64,000 nt of DNA from Euglena gracilis (lineage: Eukaryota). Below are positions 40,141 to 53,610 of the stretch, piece after piece; the stretch's first letter is position 1; each line of letters begins with the position of its first letter. The position numbers and the translations under genes are program-made. The notes beneath the pieces were generated by a model. It was not told the origin of the DNA, did not search any database, and was given only the letters and a program-made list of their open reading frames with translations. Where the stretch lies: positions 29,521,411-29,585,410 of the forward strand of contig CP154954.1 in NCBI GenBank assembly GCA_039621445.1, read 5' to 3'.

Positions 40141-43100
40141 TGTCACAACAGAAATGTACTGCTCCTGAGAATTCCCCCTCCCCAGGCACCAAGTGGGGCT
40201 GGTTTTGCAGGAGGGGGAAATTGATATCCGCAATTTTTCTGCAATTTCCGCAATTTTTCCGCAATTTGTCCCCAATTTTTTTTGCATTTTTTTCGCAGAA
40301 TTTTTTTCCCACCACCGAAGATGGAAGATGCAATGAGTTCAAGCCATTCTTCAAATGGATCAACAGGTGTGCTATTGTGTTTTGTTCCCCCCCCCAGTTT
40401 ACCAATTTTTCTCACAGGTGCACCACTGGTCACAGGATTGGGTGCGTCCTACCTGTGCAAGAACTTCAAGCGTGTTGATTTGTGCTCGCCCACATCGACG
40501 TGGGTGTTGTGGTGTTCTGAACCTCACAATTGAAAAATTTCTAGTCCCCTCAAGCAGAAATGTGTATATTCCAGATATCAATTTTCCGCAAGTTTTCCGC
40601 AATTTTCCACAGTTTTTCCGCAATTTTTCCCGAAGGCCTCCGATATCAATTCCCCCCCCCCTGGGTTTTGGACGGAAGGTCCCTACACTGCGGTTCCAAT
40701 TGCGATTACACTGTGATTTCCTTTGGACGTCCTTTTTTTGCATTTTCTTTCCAGAGGCTTGCAAATGCAATTAACCCCCCCCCCAAATAATAACCCCCCC
40801 GGTTTATTATTTGGGCACCCAAAGTCGGGGTCCAGGGGGGTTTATTATTTGGGCAAAAAATTCGAAGACAAAATTGACCCGAAAACCCCTCCACAGGCTC
40901 CAATGGTCACTTTTTTTGGCATTTTGGGGCTTTTTTTTGAAAATTGGGTGCTTTTTTGGCAGGGCTCCATCAAATTTTTTTCCAAAAGCGTTCAGAAAAT
41001 TGGGGCATTTCTAGAGGAATTTTGCAGAATGCGTATACCAGAACTAACAAAAGAGCAATAGTCCGACATGTTAGGGATATGGTGACCAAACACTTCCCAA
41101 CACCGCGGGATGGGTCTGGGTGGGGGGGAAGTGTTTGCCAGACAGGGCACTCCAGGGCACCGCGAGCCTGAAAGTGGTCCCCCAAATAAGACCTGACCCA
41201 AAATTTGGGCCAGGCCCCAAAAAGCGTCACTTTCCAGGTTTCCAAAAACACCCAAAATTTTTCATCTGTGCTCCACGCCATGTGTCAACATGTGTCATGT
41301 GTGTTATAAATTGAATTCACCCAGTGTTGTTGTGCTTCAAAAGTGTCAAATAATTGTTATCCAGGAAAAATTTTCATCTCCAGCGCTTTGCACCGTCAGT
41401 GGGAGTCTGGAATTGGCGGGGGGTTTTTTTTAGATTTTTTCTTTGTCGGCCCAGTGGGGGGGGGACTTCCTTTTGGGGAGGTCTTACAGTAATAATAGTG
41501 GGCATAATAGGACGCCTGAAAATTGGTGGGTCGAATCTAGGGCAGAACGGGAATCGGCCAAACCGCCAGGGTGGTGGTGTGGGGGGGGGTCGACTACCCC
41601 CCCCCCCCTGCATTGGCGGTGGTGATGGTGTGCACACACCATCAGGGGGACCCTGGACCCCCCCCCCCCCGGGCTGGTGGCCAGGCCGGACGAAGGGGTA
41701 AAGGGCACCAAAAAGGCAGCCACAGTGCACACAGGGGGCTGGCTGGTGGCTGTTTTCCCGTGTCCAGCAAAATGGCTAGCCAGTGGACCCCTGCCTCCCG
41801 GGGCTTAAGCAATGGCCTGACCAGATGGTCGCCCCCGGCCGGGGGCTTAAGCAATGGTCGGCATATAGGGGTGGTCGGTGGACAAGAGGACAGGGTGGGT
41901 ACCTCCCCTTTGCCCCCTAACCCCCAGTTGGGGGTTGTAGATCAGGGGGTGTGTATGACCGCCCCCCGTGGTCGGGGTTGTAGGTGACCTTTGGAAAACA
42001 GGGGTTTTTTCAGGTCAGGGGGTGTGGTATCCCCCCCCCCCGTCGGGGGTTTTGGGAACCCAGTCGATGAGCAAAAGCACCTCGAGACTGACATTGACCC
42101 GGAAATTTTTGGTTTTGAGGACGGGCAAACACTCAGAACGCTGGTTCAGGTTGCCGCCCGAACCGGCGTTCTGGACACAGTGTTTGCATCGAAGTCAGGG
42201 TCAAGATAAAATCTTTACCCTGACCCTACTCCTGAAATAGCCCAAATTTTTGTCTGTTATCTCACGGCAGACTCTCCCCCCAAACCCCTTGGGCCCGGAA
42301 GGGAATAGCCCCTTCTGAGGGCTTTGAGCGGATTCTGGGGTGACCATCCTGGGGGGTCGGGCTGACTTTGGGATGGGACACAGACCTCTGGGGGTCGCTT
42401 CAAAAATGCCTGATTTTGCTTTAAAAATGAAACAGAATGCTCATTTTTTGAATTTTTTTGAACGCTCCTCATGCGGAAAACACCAAACCATTAAAAAAAT
42501 GGGCAATATGCTCAAAAATGAGGGAGGAAGTTGTTTTTTTTTGTTCATTTTCCGGCGCTGCGGGAAAAAATTGCCATTTTTGAAACCTGCCGAGGAGGGT
42601 CCGGATACACCCCAACATCCAGGGGGGGGGAGGGTCGGCAACCCCCCACCGCCTGATTCGATACCGACGGGCTTCCCATCAATCCCTGTGGAGGTTTGGT
42701 TCTACATAAGGAGGGTATCACCCCTTCCTGACTGCCAGACCCCGCTGTGGCCGGACCCCACCCCAAGGTCAAGTTTTATTTGGGCGACTTGCACCGAAAT
42801 AATTTTGGAAATTTTCGGAAGTTTGCCCAAGGTGCCCAAAACGGCATCTGGGTTGATTTTGGGGTTTCGGAAAAATTTTTGGCCAAAAGTTGGTCATCTT
42901 GGATGCATGTCTGTTTGTTTGAACCAGGGCAGGGCTGTGCGGGAATACCCGCAACCCTATGGGTGGTGGGTGGGGGGGGGTCGACCAGTCCCCCTTCCTG
43001 GTGGTTGGGGAGGGGCCGACCCCCCCCCCCACCAGGCTTTCCTGTATATCCAGGGGCGCTGATTTTTTGGTTGAAATTGTCCTTCGGCGCCGAAGGCATA

Positions 43101-45902
43101 CATCTCTCTAAGGTTTTGCGAACCCCCCCCCCGGGGGGGGGGGGGGGCGGCTGCAGCCAGCCCCGATTTGGGCCCAGCCCAGCCGCAGCAGCACCCCCCC
43201 GGGGGGGGTGCTGCTAGCCCAGCTAGCCAGCCCCTTTTTTGGGGGTCCAGCCTAAAAATTTTTCGGCGCAAAGCGCCGAAATTTTTTGAAAAACTGTGTT
43301 CAAAAGTGGCCAAAAATGGGGTTTGGGGGACGTTTGGGGCATTTTTGGGGGGTTTCAGATGCATCATTTTTTCAAAACTGTGTTTTGCAGGTCATTTTGG
43401 GCATTTTTCCGATTTCAGTCCAGCTCGCCCCGGTTCGGGTCCAGCCGGGGTCCAGCCCCCCCCCCCCCCCCCCGGGGCGGGCTAGCCAGCCCAAATTTCT
43501 AGCCAGCCCAAATTTCTAGCCCTAGCCCAGCACCCCCCCCCGGGGTCCTTAGAGAGAGATGTATGGCCGAAGGAGTTTTTCCCTGCGCGGGTGCTGTGGT
43601 GGTTGGGGGGGGCGACCCCCCCCAGGCTTTCCTGTACAACCGTAGACCAGGGGATATATTTTTAAGGCGTAAATTTTCAAAATTTAAGGCGTTTTTCAGG
43701 GGTTTTTAAAGGCATTGTTCCTGCTTGCCTTTTTTGGGGGCGATTATTGGACCTGTTGGAACCTGAAGCTCAATATCCTCCCCCAATGGCTCTTTCCCAT
43801 GCTTCCCAGGTCCAAGCCTTCCCCGTTCCATGCCCGCCTGTTGCTCCTCCGGGAACAACCTCACCTCCCTAGAACGATCTCCCAAGGTATCTCAGGTATC
43901 TCTGGTGATCAATCATTGGGGGTGGGTGGGAGAGGTCCTTGTGAAATTCCCATTCAGAGAATTCTTCAGGCATCTTCATCAGCAGGATTCCATTTTGTCG
44001 TGGACCCTTATGCTCCCCAATCCAAATGTCGGCCGAAATGGATCTGAGGATTTGACAAACCAGAGATCCAGACAAAGTTCTTTGGGGGTGCTGCAACGTC
44101 AGTCAGGTTGTTTTCTCCAAATGCCACATGATGCCTTGTGGCCGGGCAAGAAGATGTGTTTTGTACCAGGCTGCAATTTTTACTGTGTGTCAGCCGAAGA
44201 CTGCCAAGCTGTGTCCGAACCGGTCACCGTAGTTGGCAGGCTGCTTCCGATCGACCGGCTGTTGCAGACAGGCGGCCCTCTCATTGGTATTTGTTCGATG
44301 GTGGGTTTGAGAGAACCGTTTGAATGCTGTGTCACAGGTCGTTTTGAGGACCAGAGACCCATCTTTTCCTCTTCCCTTAAAATTGTCAAATTTGAGATTC
44401 TCAAATTGAGAATTTATCTGAGAAAGGTCTCAAAAATTGAAGAGTTAGAGGGGGAAAAAGCTGGAGGTTGGTTGGCAAGTTCTGGCTGGCAAGTTCTGGC
44501 TGACAAGTTCTGGCTGGTGGACACTTTGGATTACACTCTGACTCCAACCCACCTGTGTCCCAGGGAGGTGGGGAGAGCATGGTCACCCGGACAGAGTTCA
44601 TTTTCTCTCCACATGCCAATTTGTCTTCAATTACATTTGGTCTGAACAGAGTGACCCGCCTCAGGTCCAGCCAGGGTCCAGCCCCCCTCGGGGGGGGAAA
44701 CCAGTCCAAATTTCTAGTCGAGCCCACCCCCCATCCAGCAACCTAAATTTTCTGGCTCTGAGCCTGCTTTGTCGTCGAAGGGTGGGGCCCCGCCAGCTTT
44801 TTTTCAAGCCAGCCAGCTTGTGGACCTCCCCCAATGTTGGGTCCGACCTGCGATGCCGGGCTGGCCTGAAATACCCACCAGCCCCTACCCCCAACCCCCC
44901 GGGGGAGGGGGTCCAAGGGACCCCCCCCCCCCCGGGAGGGGGTCCAAGACTGAAAAAACCCCTGTGGGCGTCTGCAGCACAATTGCCCTGAAAAATGACC
45001 TGCAAGACAGCTTTGAACGTCTGAAATTTTGCGCCTAAAATTTTGAGCTGGACCTTGCAAAAAGGGGCTGGCTGGCAGGGCCAGCACCCCCCTTGGGGTG
45101 CTGCAGCAGCTGGGCTGGGCCAAAATCGGGGCTGGCAGCAGCAGCAGCCCCCTCCCCCCCCCCCCGGGGGGGTCTTAAAGAGATGCATGCTGCTGGCTGG
45201 TGGACCCCCCCCCCCAAAGGGGTCCCCCATCTGCTGTTGAGCCAAGCTTGAACCAGGCTGAAATTGACCAACCCTGGGGGGGGGGAGGGGGTCTTGGAAT
45301 GCCCTGGAGTGCCTGGTGGTGGGCCAAATGCCCAAAGATGGCCTTTTCTGGGCATACGGCGCTGGAAGTGCTCTGGCCAAGTGCCCAGGCACTTTTGGCT
45401 ATGCCCCCCCCGGGCAAGCACCTCTGATGATGCAGGGCGATGCTGGGCGATGCTGGGCGATGCTGGATTTTTGGAGACCAGAGGTGGGGTTCCGATGCTG
45501 GGCGATGCAGGGCGATGCTGGGCGATGCTAGCATTTTTTTGTATATTTTGGAGAATTGAACTTTTTTCGGGATAATTTTCCCACAAAGCTCCAGTTTTAC
45601 ACCCATTTTGGCCATAGTGGGTCAATTTTTGCTAATTTGGGGGCTATTTATCACTGATTTGGCAAATATTGGGCTAATTGGGGCCTTTTTGAGCAGATTT
45701 TATGGCATTTTTGGCCATTTTGCGCCTTCTTGGTGATTTTGGGTCATTTTTCACAATCTTTTGTGGACATTGTTGGCGTTTTTGGGTAAATTTTGGTATT
45801 TTGGTTGCTTTTGGGGGCTTTTTGTGGTCAATTTGGGCTTTTTGTGGCCATTTTTTGGGCTTTTGTGGTTATTTTGGCTTGGTCAGGAGCCAACGGATGA
45901 AT

Positions 45903-46395
45903 ACTGGACAGATAATGGACAAGATGCAGATGCTACAAGATGCCGATGCTGGACAAGATGCAGATGCTGGACAAGATGCAGACACTGGACAAGATGCCGA
46001 TGCTGGACAAACTGGATGCAGTTGCTGGACAAGATGCCAATGCTGGACAAGATGCAGATGTTAGACAAGATGCAGATACTGGACAAGATGCTGATGTTGG
46101 ACAAGATGAACTGGATGCAGACACTGGACAGCATGCAGATGGTGGGACAAGATGCAGTTGCTGGACAAGAAGCAGATGCTAGACAAGATGCCGATGCTGG
46201 ACAAGATGAATTGGATGCAGACACTGGACAACATGCAGATGGTGGGACAAGATGCAGTTGCTGGACAAGAAGTGGATGGTGGACAAGATGCAGTTGCTGG
46301 ACAAGAAGCAGATGCTGGACAAGATGCAGATGCTAGACAACTTGCAGATACTGGACAAGATGCAGATACTGAACAAGATGCAGATGGACAAGATG
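45903..46395 (+). repeat. 18-bp minisatellite (gatgctggacaagatgca)n
   Basis: Roughly 25 degenerate copies; they account for the QDADAG/MLDKMQ pseudo-ORFs. Confidence 0.9.
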
Positions 46396-46519
46396 GGGTG
46401 CCACCCTCCACCCTCCAGCACAACAACTGTTTTGGATTTTGTTTGTCTGACCGGCAAGAGGCTTGCAACTTGCAGTCGATGTTGCCATCTCACAGGCCTG
46501 CACCACATCCACACACCAC

Positions 46520-46835
46520 GGCAAAAGCAGCAAACGTGGTCAAGAAGCAGTCAAAATTGGTCAAAAGGCAGCAAATGTGGGCAACAGTGGTCAAAAAGCA
46601 GTCAAAAGTGGTCAAAAAGCAGGCAAAAGGGGCCAAAAGTGGTCAAAAAGCATCAAAAGTGATCAAAAAGCTGCAAAGGTGGTTGGAAATGGGCAAAGGT
46701 GGGCAAAAAGCAGCAAAAGTGGTCAAGAAGCAGTCAAAATTGGTCAAAAGGCAGCAAATGTGGGCAACGGTGGTCAATGTGGGGAAAAAGCGTCAAAAAG
46801 CAACCAAAGATGGCCAAAAGTAACCAAAAGTGGGC
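46520..46835 (+). repeat. Degenerate ~21-bp repeat (gtggtcaaaaagcagtcaaaa)
   Basis: Read directly. The region is bracketed by 10-bp gggcgatgct arrays at ~45430-45530 and ~46887-46915. Confidence 0.75.
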
Positions 46836-49099
46836 TAGAGCGGCAGAAGCAGCAGGCATCATAGGTACACCTTCAAGGGCTCCAAAGGCGATGCTGGGCG
46901 ATGCTGGGCGATGCTGCGCCCAAGGGCATGGGTGACCAGAGGTGCTTGCCCCCGGGAGGTCGGATCTGCGTGCCTTGGAGTGCCTGCCCAGGCAGCCCCC
47001 CCCCCCCCCCAGGGTGGGGTCGGCACTGCCTTTAATCAGCCTCATACCAAAAAGTCGAAGGCAGCCTGCCTTCTACTCGGCCCCCAGGGGAAGGCAAGGG
47101 GGGGGTCGTATGAGGAACCCCGGTCCGACGTCGGGGGAAAGTCTGGGTTATTTCCGGGGGATAGTTCCGACCGGATTCTTGGAGGATCACCATTTTTAGG
47201 AAATTCAGAATTTACGGTGAATTTTTGGTAAAATTCCGAAAAAGCGCGACCTAAAAATTTCTTCTGGGACGGGGACCAAACTGAGCCAGCTTCCCCCCCC
47301 CCCGGGTCTTTGAGAAAACCCCAAGTGCAATAATTTTCTAGCTGAAGTAGAACTGCACAAATTTTTCTCTTTTGACCGAAACACCCACGCACTCCTGGCA
47401 GATTGGGACCTCCTTTTGTAAGCCGAAAAACTGACCATAAACATCTAAAGTGAAATTCCTTCTGCGTTGAAAGAGATCTTCCACCCAAAGAAAATGCTTC
47501 GGGGTACCTGATGGAATAACGGAAACAAATGAAAGCCCTGCAACCCAAAGCTCTGCATCCCGCCATTGTTTTGTCTGTGCTTTGCTTACCATTAAATGCG
47601 ATTGAACTGAACGATGTTTGCGAATTCAATTCCTGGATCACAGCATGTCCACAACACCCAATTTTGATGGGCACATCTCTGGGCCTCCAAGTTTCACATC
47701 TTCATCAGCAGAGATGGGAGGAAGGCTTTGCTTTAAGGCGTACCCCCCTATGTCCAACGACCCCCCTATGTCCAATGACCACCCCCACGGCCAGAGGACA
47801 CTTTTTCGGAGGTTTGACCAAATCTTTGGTCCCGGCGCTTCGCGCCGGGACGAAAAATTTTGCCCAAAAATTGGCCAAAATGCCATTTTTGACACTTTTT
47901 GGGCAAAAATTTGTCAAAATTGCCCAAAATTTTCGGCGCAAAGCGCTGGAAGGGAAAATCTGCGGGTACCCACCAATTTTCTTTTGACACCATGTCCAAC
48001 GACCACCCCCCCCCCGGTCAGAGGACACCTTTTTGGTCACTACCCTATGTCCAACGACCACCCCCCGGGTCAGAGGACAGAGGTTACCGGTCATTGCACA
48101 TAGGGGGGGGGGTAATTTCCACAAAGCAAGATTTCTTTAAAAGCATTCTGTAATTTTTTTCAGTGTTTTAATGATTTTTTTTCAAATTGCATTTCAAAGA
48201 AAAGTTGAAAACCCCCCGAACTCTCTCTGCCCCGGTACCCTTGGCACGGGGGTAGGACATGCACCTTGGGCTCCGCACCTTTCCCTTTGTGAGGCCATGG
48301 CTTTTCGCCAGCGGTGTTGTTTTGTATCGCATTCGTGCATTTTTCGCCGGAGGAGGCATATTCCGAATTAACCTTTGGACACCCAGAAGACAGGAACAGA
48401 CACCTCAATCTGCGCACGACACCTCGGTACAGGTTTCCCCTTGCGAGGCCATGCCTTGCTCGCCGGCGGTGCTGCTTGGACTGTTCGTTGCGCTAGGTTA
48501 GGAGGTCCCGCTTAGTGCCTTTTTTCGCCGGAGTTGGCTGATTCCGATTTTGCCCTTCGACACCCAGAAGAAAGGAACTTCAAAGACCTCACCAATTGAG
48601 AAAAGGCGAAGACAATCAGTTGATGGCCATGGCGCCCAACATCCAAAAGAGGTCAATGGGGACTGTCAAAGTTTCAAGAGTGGAGCCAACATCAAGAGGG
48701 CCAGTGGGTCCAGATTTACCATCAATAACATCAACAATTTCAAGGCCATTGGGACCATCAAATATCAGAAGGCGGAAAACCCCAGAAGCTAACAGGCTGT
48801 ACCCCAGCAGGGGGTTTCAATGTACAGTGGCAGCCCCAGGGGGATGCCCCCAAAGGGGCGGTAGAGGACAAGGGGGCAACCCCCCCTCAACATTCTTTGT
48901 CGGTGCCCACGGCAGGGGCAAACCAAAACCAGGGGAAAGGGGCCCCTATGGTATGTCAATCGACAACACCAATGACAAAGTGGAGGATCAGAGAGACTGT
49001 GAGCAGAGCATGCACACCCCCCCAGCCACTTTTAGAGAATGCTCAATCCCCAGGGGCACCAGGGGTGCAATGTCCAACACCCCCCACCCAGCACCCAGA

Positions 49100-49620
49100 A
49101 AATCATCTAGTTGGGAAAATACATTCCATGGAGGAAAAATGGGGAGACACCCCCCTGTACCAGAGACTTCGGAAAAGTCTAAAATGGTGGACAAAAAATG
49201 CCCCCCCAGCAACATGTCAATAAAAAAAATGGAATTCAACTCCCCTGGGTGAATCCCCAAAATTGTCCACCCACCTAAAACCCAGGGCCAACCTGGACCT
49301 GAACCAGGCAGAAAAAACTCTGCTGGATTACGAAAAAACTGGGTCAGTGAAACGAGTTTGGGATTCAGAAACCCAGCATTTGATCCCCTGGTTTTTAATT
49401 TTAAAACCAGAAGGGAGAACAACCAAATGGAGAATGATCAGCGACTGCAGAGACATAAATCAGCAGTTTCAAGTAAAACCCTTTAAGTTGGATCATATCC
49501 AACACATTTTCCCAGTTTTGGAAAAAGGCCACTGGGCAGCAAAAATAGACCTAAAGGATGCCTATTTTCATATTCCATTAATTCCAAGCCTAAGGCCATT
49601 TTTAAGGCATCAGGTGGGGG
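49100..49620 (+). pseudogene. DIRS/Ngaro-like (or LTR-type) reverse transcriptase fragment, 3'-truncated
   Basis: ORF 49263-49652 reads WFLILKPEG..KWRMISDCRDINQ..FKLD..W..KIDLKDAYFHIP. A frameshifted upstream part reads RLRKSLKWW...NGIQLPW. It ends before the YxDD motif. Confidence 0.75.
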
Positions 49621-50384
49621 GGGTCGCTGAGCTCTTATCCCTTTATGGGTGAGAGCGAAGCTTACCCCTGGCGAAACCCCCCCTCGACCCCCCCCTCCCC
49701 CCCGCCCCCCCCCCCCGGGCCCCCCCCCGGGTCGGGGCCACCTCGGGAACCGACGGATTATCACCATGATCTTGGCCCGGTACCCGGAATTTTTTTTTTC
49801 AGATGCGAGCGACTGGATTTCTAGTTTCCGAATCACCTGGGTTTGACCCCCAACTCCCCGCCAGGCCCCAGTTATTCACGCGCGAAGGGGTCCAAACTGG
49901 GTAGGATCGGCCCGCCCCCCTGGATAAGCCCCCCCCCCTTTGGACTTTGCCATTTCGGCCAAAAAAATGTCAATTTTCAAAATATCTCCAAAATGAAGCC
50001 AAATCGAAGGAAATGTCCGGAGACCAAATTTGAAGCCATTGGAACGCCCCATCTGCCGGTATTTTGATTTCCCCGCAACTCCCCGCCTAGCCCTAGATAC
50101 GGCCGTTTTCTTCCCGGATGGCCGTGTTGTGCACTTTTCCCACTGTCCGACTTGGCCGTTTTCGGCCGAAATTCAGCCAAAAATGAATATTTTCAAAATA
50201 TCTCGAAAATGATGCGAAATCAAAGGAAATGTCCGGAGACCTAAATTGAAGCCCTTGGAACGCTCTATTTACTGGGATTTTGTTTTCCCCGCAGCACACC
50301 GCCTAGACCGAGATACGGCCGTTTTTCGGCCAATTTTGGCCATTTTGCACACTTTTCCCACTGTTCGACTCGGCCATTTTCGGT

Positions 50385-52100
50385 CAAAAAGTCAAAAAAA
50401 AGTGGAAAAATTTTTTTTTGCTCGAAACGATGTTTTTTGGCCTCCCGGACCCGGAAAAACTGTTTTTGGGCCGAAAACGACGTTTTTCGACCCGCCAACG
50501 CCCCGTTTTGGGCCGCCGACCCATTGACTTTGGGTCAAAACCGGGTCGAAAAAGTCGAAAAAAATCGAAAAAAATTTTTGCCCGAAACGATGTTTTTTGG
50601 CCTCCCGTACCCGGAAAAACTGTTTTTGAGCTGAAACCGTGTTTGGGCCGATTTCGAGACTTTAAAAGTCTTAAATCTTCGCCCAAAACACGGTTTCAAA
50701 CAAGAACAGTGTTTTGGGCCAAGGTTTTAGGGGGGCCCAGGGGCGACCACGGCGCCTTCGGCGCCGCGGTCCCCGCCCCTGGGCTCCCCCTAACTCTTGG
50801 CCCAAACACAGTTCTTGACACAGAAAACGAGCGTTTTTCGACCCGCCAACGCCCCGTTTTGGGCCGCCGACCCATTGACTTAGGGTCAAAACCGGGTCGA
50901 AAAAGTGGAAAAAATCGAAAAAAAATTTTGCCCGAAACAATTTTTTTTGGCCTCCCGGACCCGGAAAAACTGTTTTTGGGCCGAAAACGACGTTTTTCGA
51001 CCCGCCAACGCCCCGTTTTGGGCCGCCGACCCATTGACTTTGGGTCAAAACCGGGTCGAAAAAGTCGAAAAAAATGGAAAAAAATTTTTTGCCCGAAACG
51101 ATTTTTTTTGGCCTCCCGTACCCAGAAAAACTGTTTTTGAGCCGAAAACGAGCGTTCTTCGACCCGCCAACGCCCCGTTTTGGACCGCCGACCCATTAAC
51201 TTTGGGTCAAAACCGGGTCGAAAAAGTCGAAAAAAATCGAAAATTTTTTTTGCCCGAAACGATGTGTTTTGGCCTCCCCATTGACTTTGGGTCAAAACCG
51301 GGTCGAAAAAGTCGAAAAAAATCGAAAAATTTTTTTGCCCGAAACGATGTTTTTTGGCCTCCCGGACCCGGAAAAACTGTTTTTGAGCTGAAAACGAGCG
51401 TTTTTCGACCCGCCAACGCCCCGTTTTGTGCCGCCGACCCATTGACTTAGGGTCAAAAACGGGTCGAAAAAGTGGAAAAAAGCGAAAAAAAGTTTTTTTT
51501 TTTGCCCGAAACAATGTTTTTTTGGCCTCTCGGACCCAGAATAACTGTTTTTGAGCTGAAAACGAGCGTTTTTCGACCCGCCAACGCCCCGTTTTGGGCC
51601 GCCGACCCATTGACTTAGGGTCAAAACCGGGTCGAAAAAGTGGAAAAAATCGAAAAAAAATTTTTTGCCCGAAACAATGTTTTTTGGCCTCCCGGACCCG
51701 GAAAAACTGTTTTTGAGCTGAAAACGAGCGTTGTTCGACCCGCCAGCGCCCCGTTTTGGGCTGCCGACCCATTGACTTTGGATCAAAACCGGGTCGAAAA
51801 AGTGGAAAAAGATCGAAAAAAATTTTTGCCCGAAAAGATGTTTTTTGGCCTCCCGGACCCGAAAAAAACTGTTTTTTGGCCTCCCGGACCCGAAAAAAAC
51901 TGTTTTTGAGCCGAAAACGAGCGTTTTTCGACCCGCCAGCGCCCCGTTTTGAGCTGCCGACCCATTGACTTTGGGTCAAAACCGGGTCCAAAAAGTGGAA
52001 AAAAATCGAAAAATTTTTTTTGGGCAAAACAATGTTTTTGGGCCTCCCGGACCCAGAAAAACTGCTTTCGAGCCAAAAATGAAGGTTTTTCGACTCACCG
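50385..52100 (+). repeat. ~160-bp tandem satellite, about 9-10 units
   Basis: The marker ccattgact (or ccattaact) recurs at ~50521, 50872, 51032, 51193, 51278, 51439, 51607, 51769 and 51962. A/T tracts throughout. Confidence 0.9.
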
Positions 52101-53610
52101 GCGCCTTGTTTCTTGCACAAAACCCATGGATTTCAGGCAAAAGAGCTCCATGGAGTGGGCCGGTATGTATGGAGGGGTCAATGAAGGGGTGGTTGCGCGC
52201 TTATTAAGAGCTCAGCACTATTCAAAACCTGGTCACACCCTACCCCCGGGGGGGTCCAGCCAGCCAGCAGCTGGGAGCACCCCCCGGGGGTCGAGTGAAA
52301 ATAAAGTCGGGTCCAGGCTGGCCGGACCATTCGGGCTCCGCACTGCGAGATGGTGAGGCCCTGCTTTCCTTCCGGCTGCTCTGCTCTCGTGTGTTTGTGT
52401 GTGCGTGGGGGGTGCTTCTTACTGCTTTTTATTGCCGGAGTTGGCTGACTCCTAATTTTTGCCCTTCGACCTCAAGGAGAAAGAATTTCAACTCAACGAG
52501 TTCAACAACGTTCAACGGAACGACAAATCAATACAGAGGAGCAAAAGCAATTCAGACGATAAGGAAAAGCAGATGAAGAAAAGTTTGATTTCCATGAATG
52601 ATGCAACATACCTGGTGTCCAGCGTCCCAGCGGAGCGAGAAAGAACCCCAGCAAAGGCAGCAGAAGCTGGAGGAGAAGGAGTTCCAGCAGGCGCGGAGCA
52701 ACCAACATGGAACCAAACTGTTAAGCGGCATTACAAGGAATTTCAAGGAAGAAACCTGAAGTGAAGAAGAGTGGAGGAGCAGCAGGCGCTGGAGACGATG
52801 ACGGGGCAGGAGCAGAGCGCCAGTCCGTGGCTGTCGCATCCCCTCCCACCTTCCATTTTCCCCAAAAAATTTCAATTCCAACAATTGAACGACGGGGACA
52901 GTAGTGGCCGGAAAGTCGAGAAGACAAAGACACCAGTAGCCCACCGCCCAGAGGGAATGAAATGGGAAGACAGGACCGGGAGACCACCCCCCCCCCCGTT
53001 TTCACATCCCCACCCCCCACCAAGGAGGAATATTCCAAGGGAAAATGGACGGCATCAAGGGCATGGAGACCCTTTTCAAAAAGGCTATGGCAGCCATCAT
53101 CACCATCAAGGGCATGGAGCCCAGCTGCAAGGCTATGGAAGCGAGAAGCTCATGCTGCAAAACTGCCAATGTGGAAAGGTATGTCCAGCTTACCCCACAG
53201 CTCTTTCAAATGAACCCCTCAGGAGCTGCACATCAATGCAGCAAGCAGCCTCCCCTTCAAAAGACAGAAGGCCAATGGAGGCCATTGTATTCAAAATAAA
53301 GAGGCCAATGGAGGCCAGGGGAGGCATCAAGACCTCAAGGACAGTGGAGGCCATTTTGTAGGGGGTGTGGGCTTCACCACTCCCACAACCCCCTGGCGGC
53401 TGGCCCCTGGCGCCTGCAGGCCCTGCCACTGGCTGGGATCCATCAATTCACCCAGGGGGCCTGGCACCCACCTGGGACTTTCCTTGTCACTTTTCATTGT
53501 AATCCCACTTCCCAATTCCCAGCGCTGGCACAAATCACAATGCTTCCCAGAACTGAACAACCAAAGTCAAACTGAACATGCTGCTTGCCACTGTAAACAC
53601 AAACACAGAC

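Larger units (their letters stand above)
1..41622 (+). repeat. Tandem segmental duplication, unit ~22.7 kb (copy 1 <1-~18956, copy 2 ~18957-~41622)
   Basis: Position 1 (gaatggcatggcaatttgagg) recurs at 22705. Homology is continuous until ...ctgcattggcggtgg at ~18956 and ~41622. Differences are mostly homopolymer lengths. Confidence 0.95.

Noticed and set aside
43715-44645. 271-aa ORF or degenerate retroelement fragment
   Set aside because: No recognisable domain in any frame that I could support.
45900-46830. Repeat proteins (QDADAG / MLDKMQ / VVKKQSK)
   Set aside because: Minisatellites open in several frames with frame-shifting indels; no evidence of coding constraint.
47380-47555. THAP-like start MAGCRALGC... 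on the minus strand
   Set aside because: It needs a frameshift and lacks the CxxHF ending; too weak to call.
50385-52120. CRISPR-like array, or the 474-aa ORF 50696-52120
   Set aside because: The whole ~160-bp unit repeats with no unique spacers, and no cas genes are present. The ORF is a translation of the satellite.
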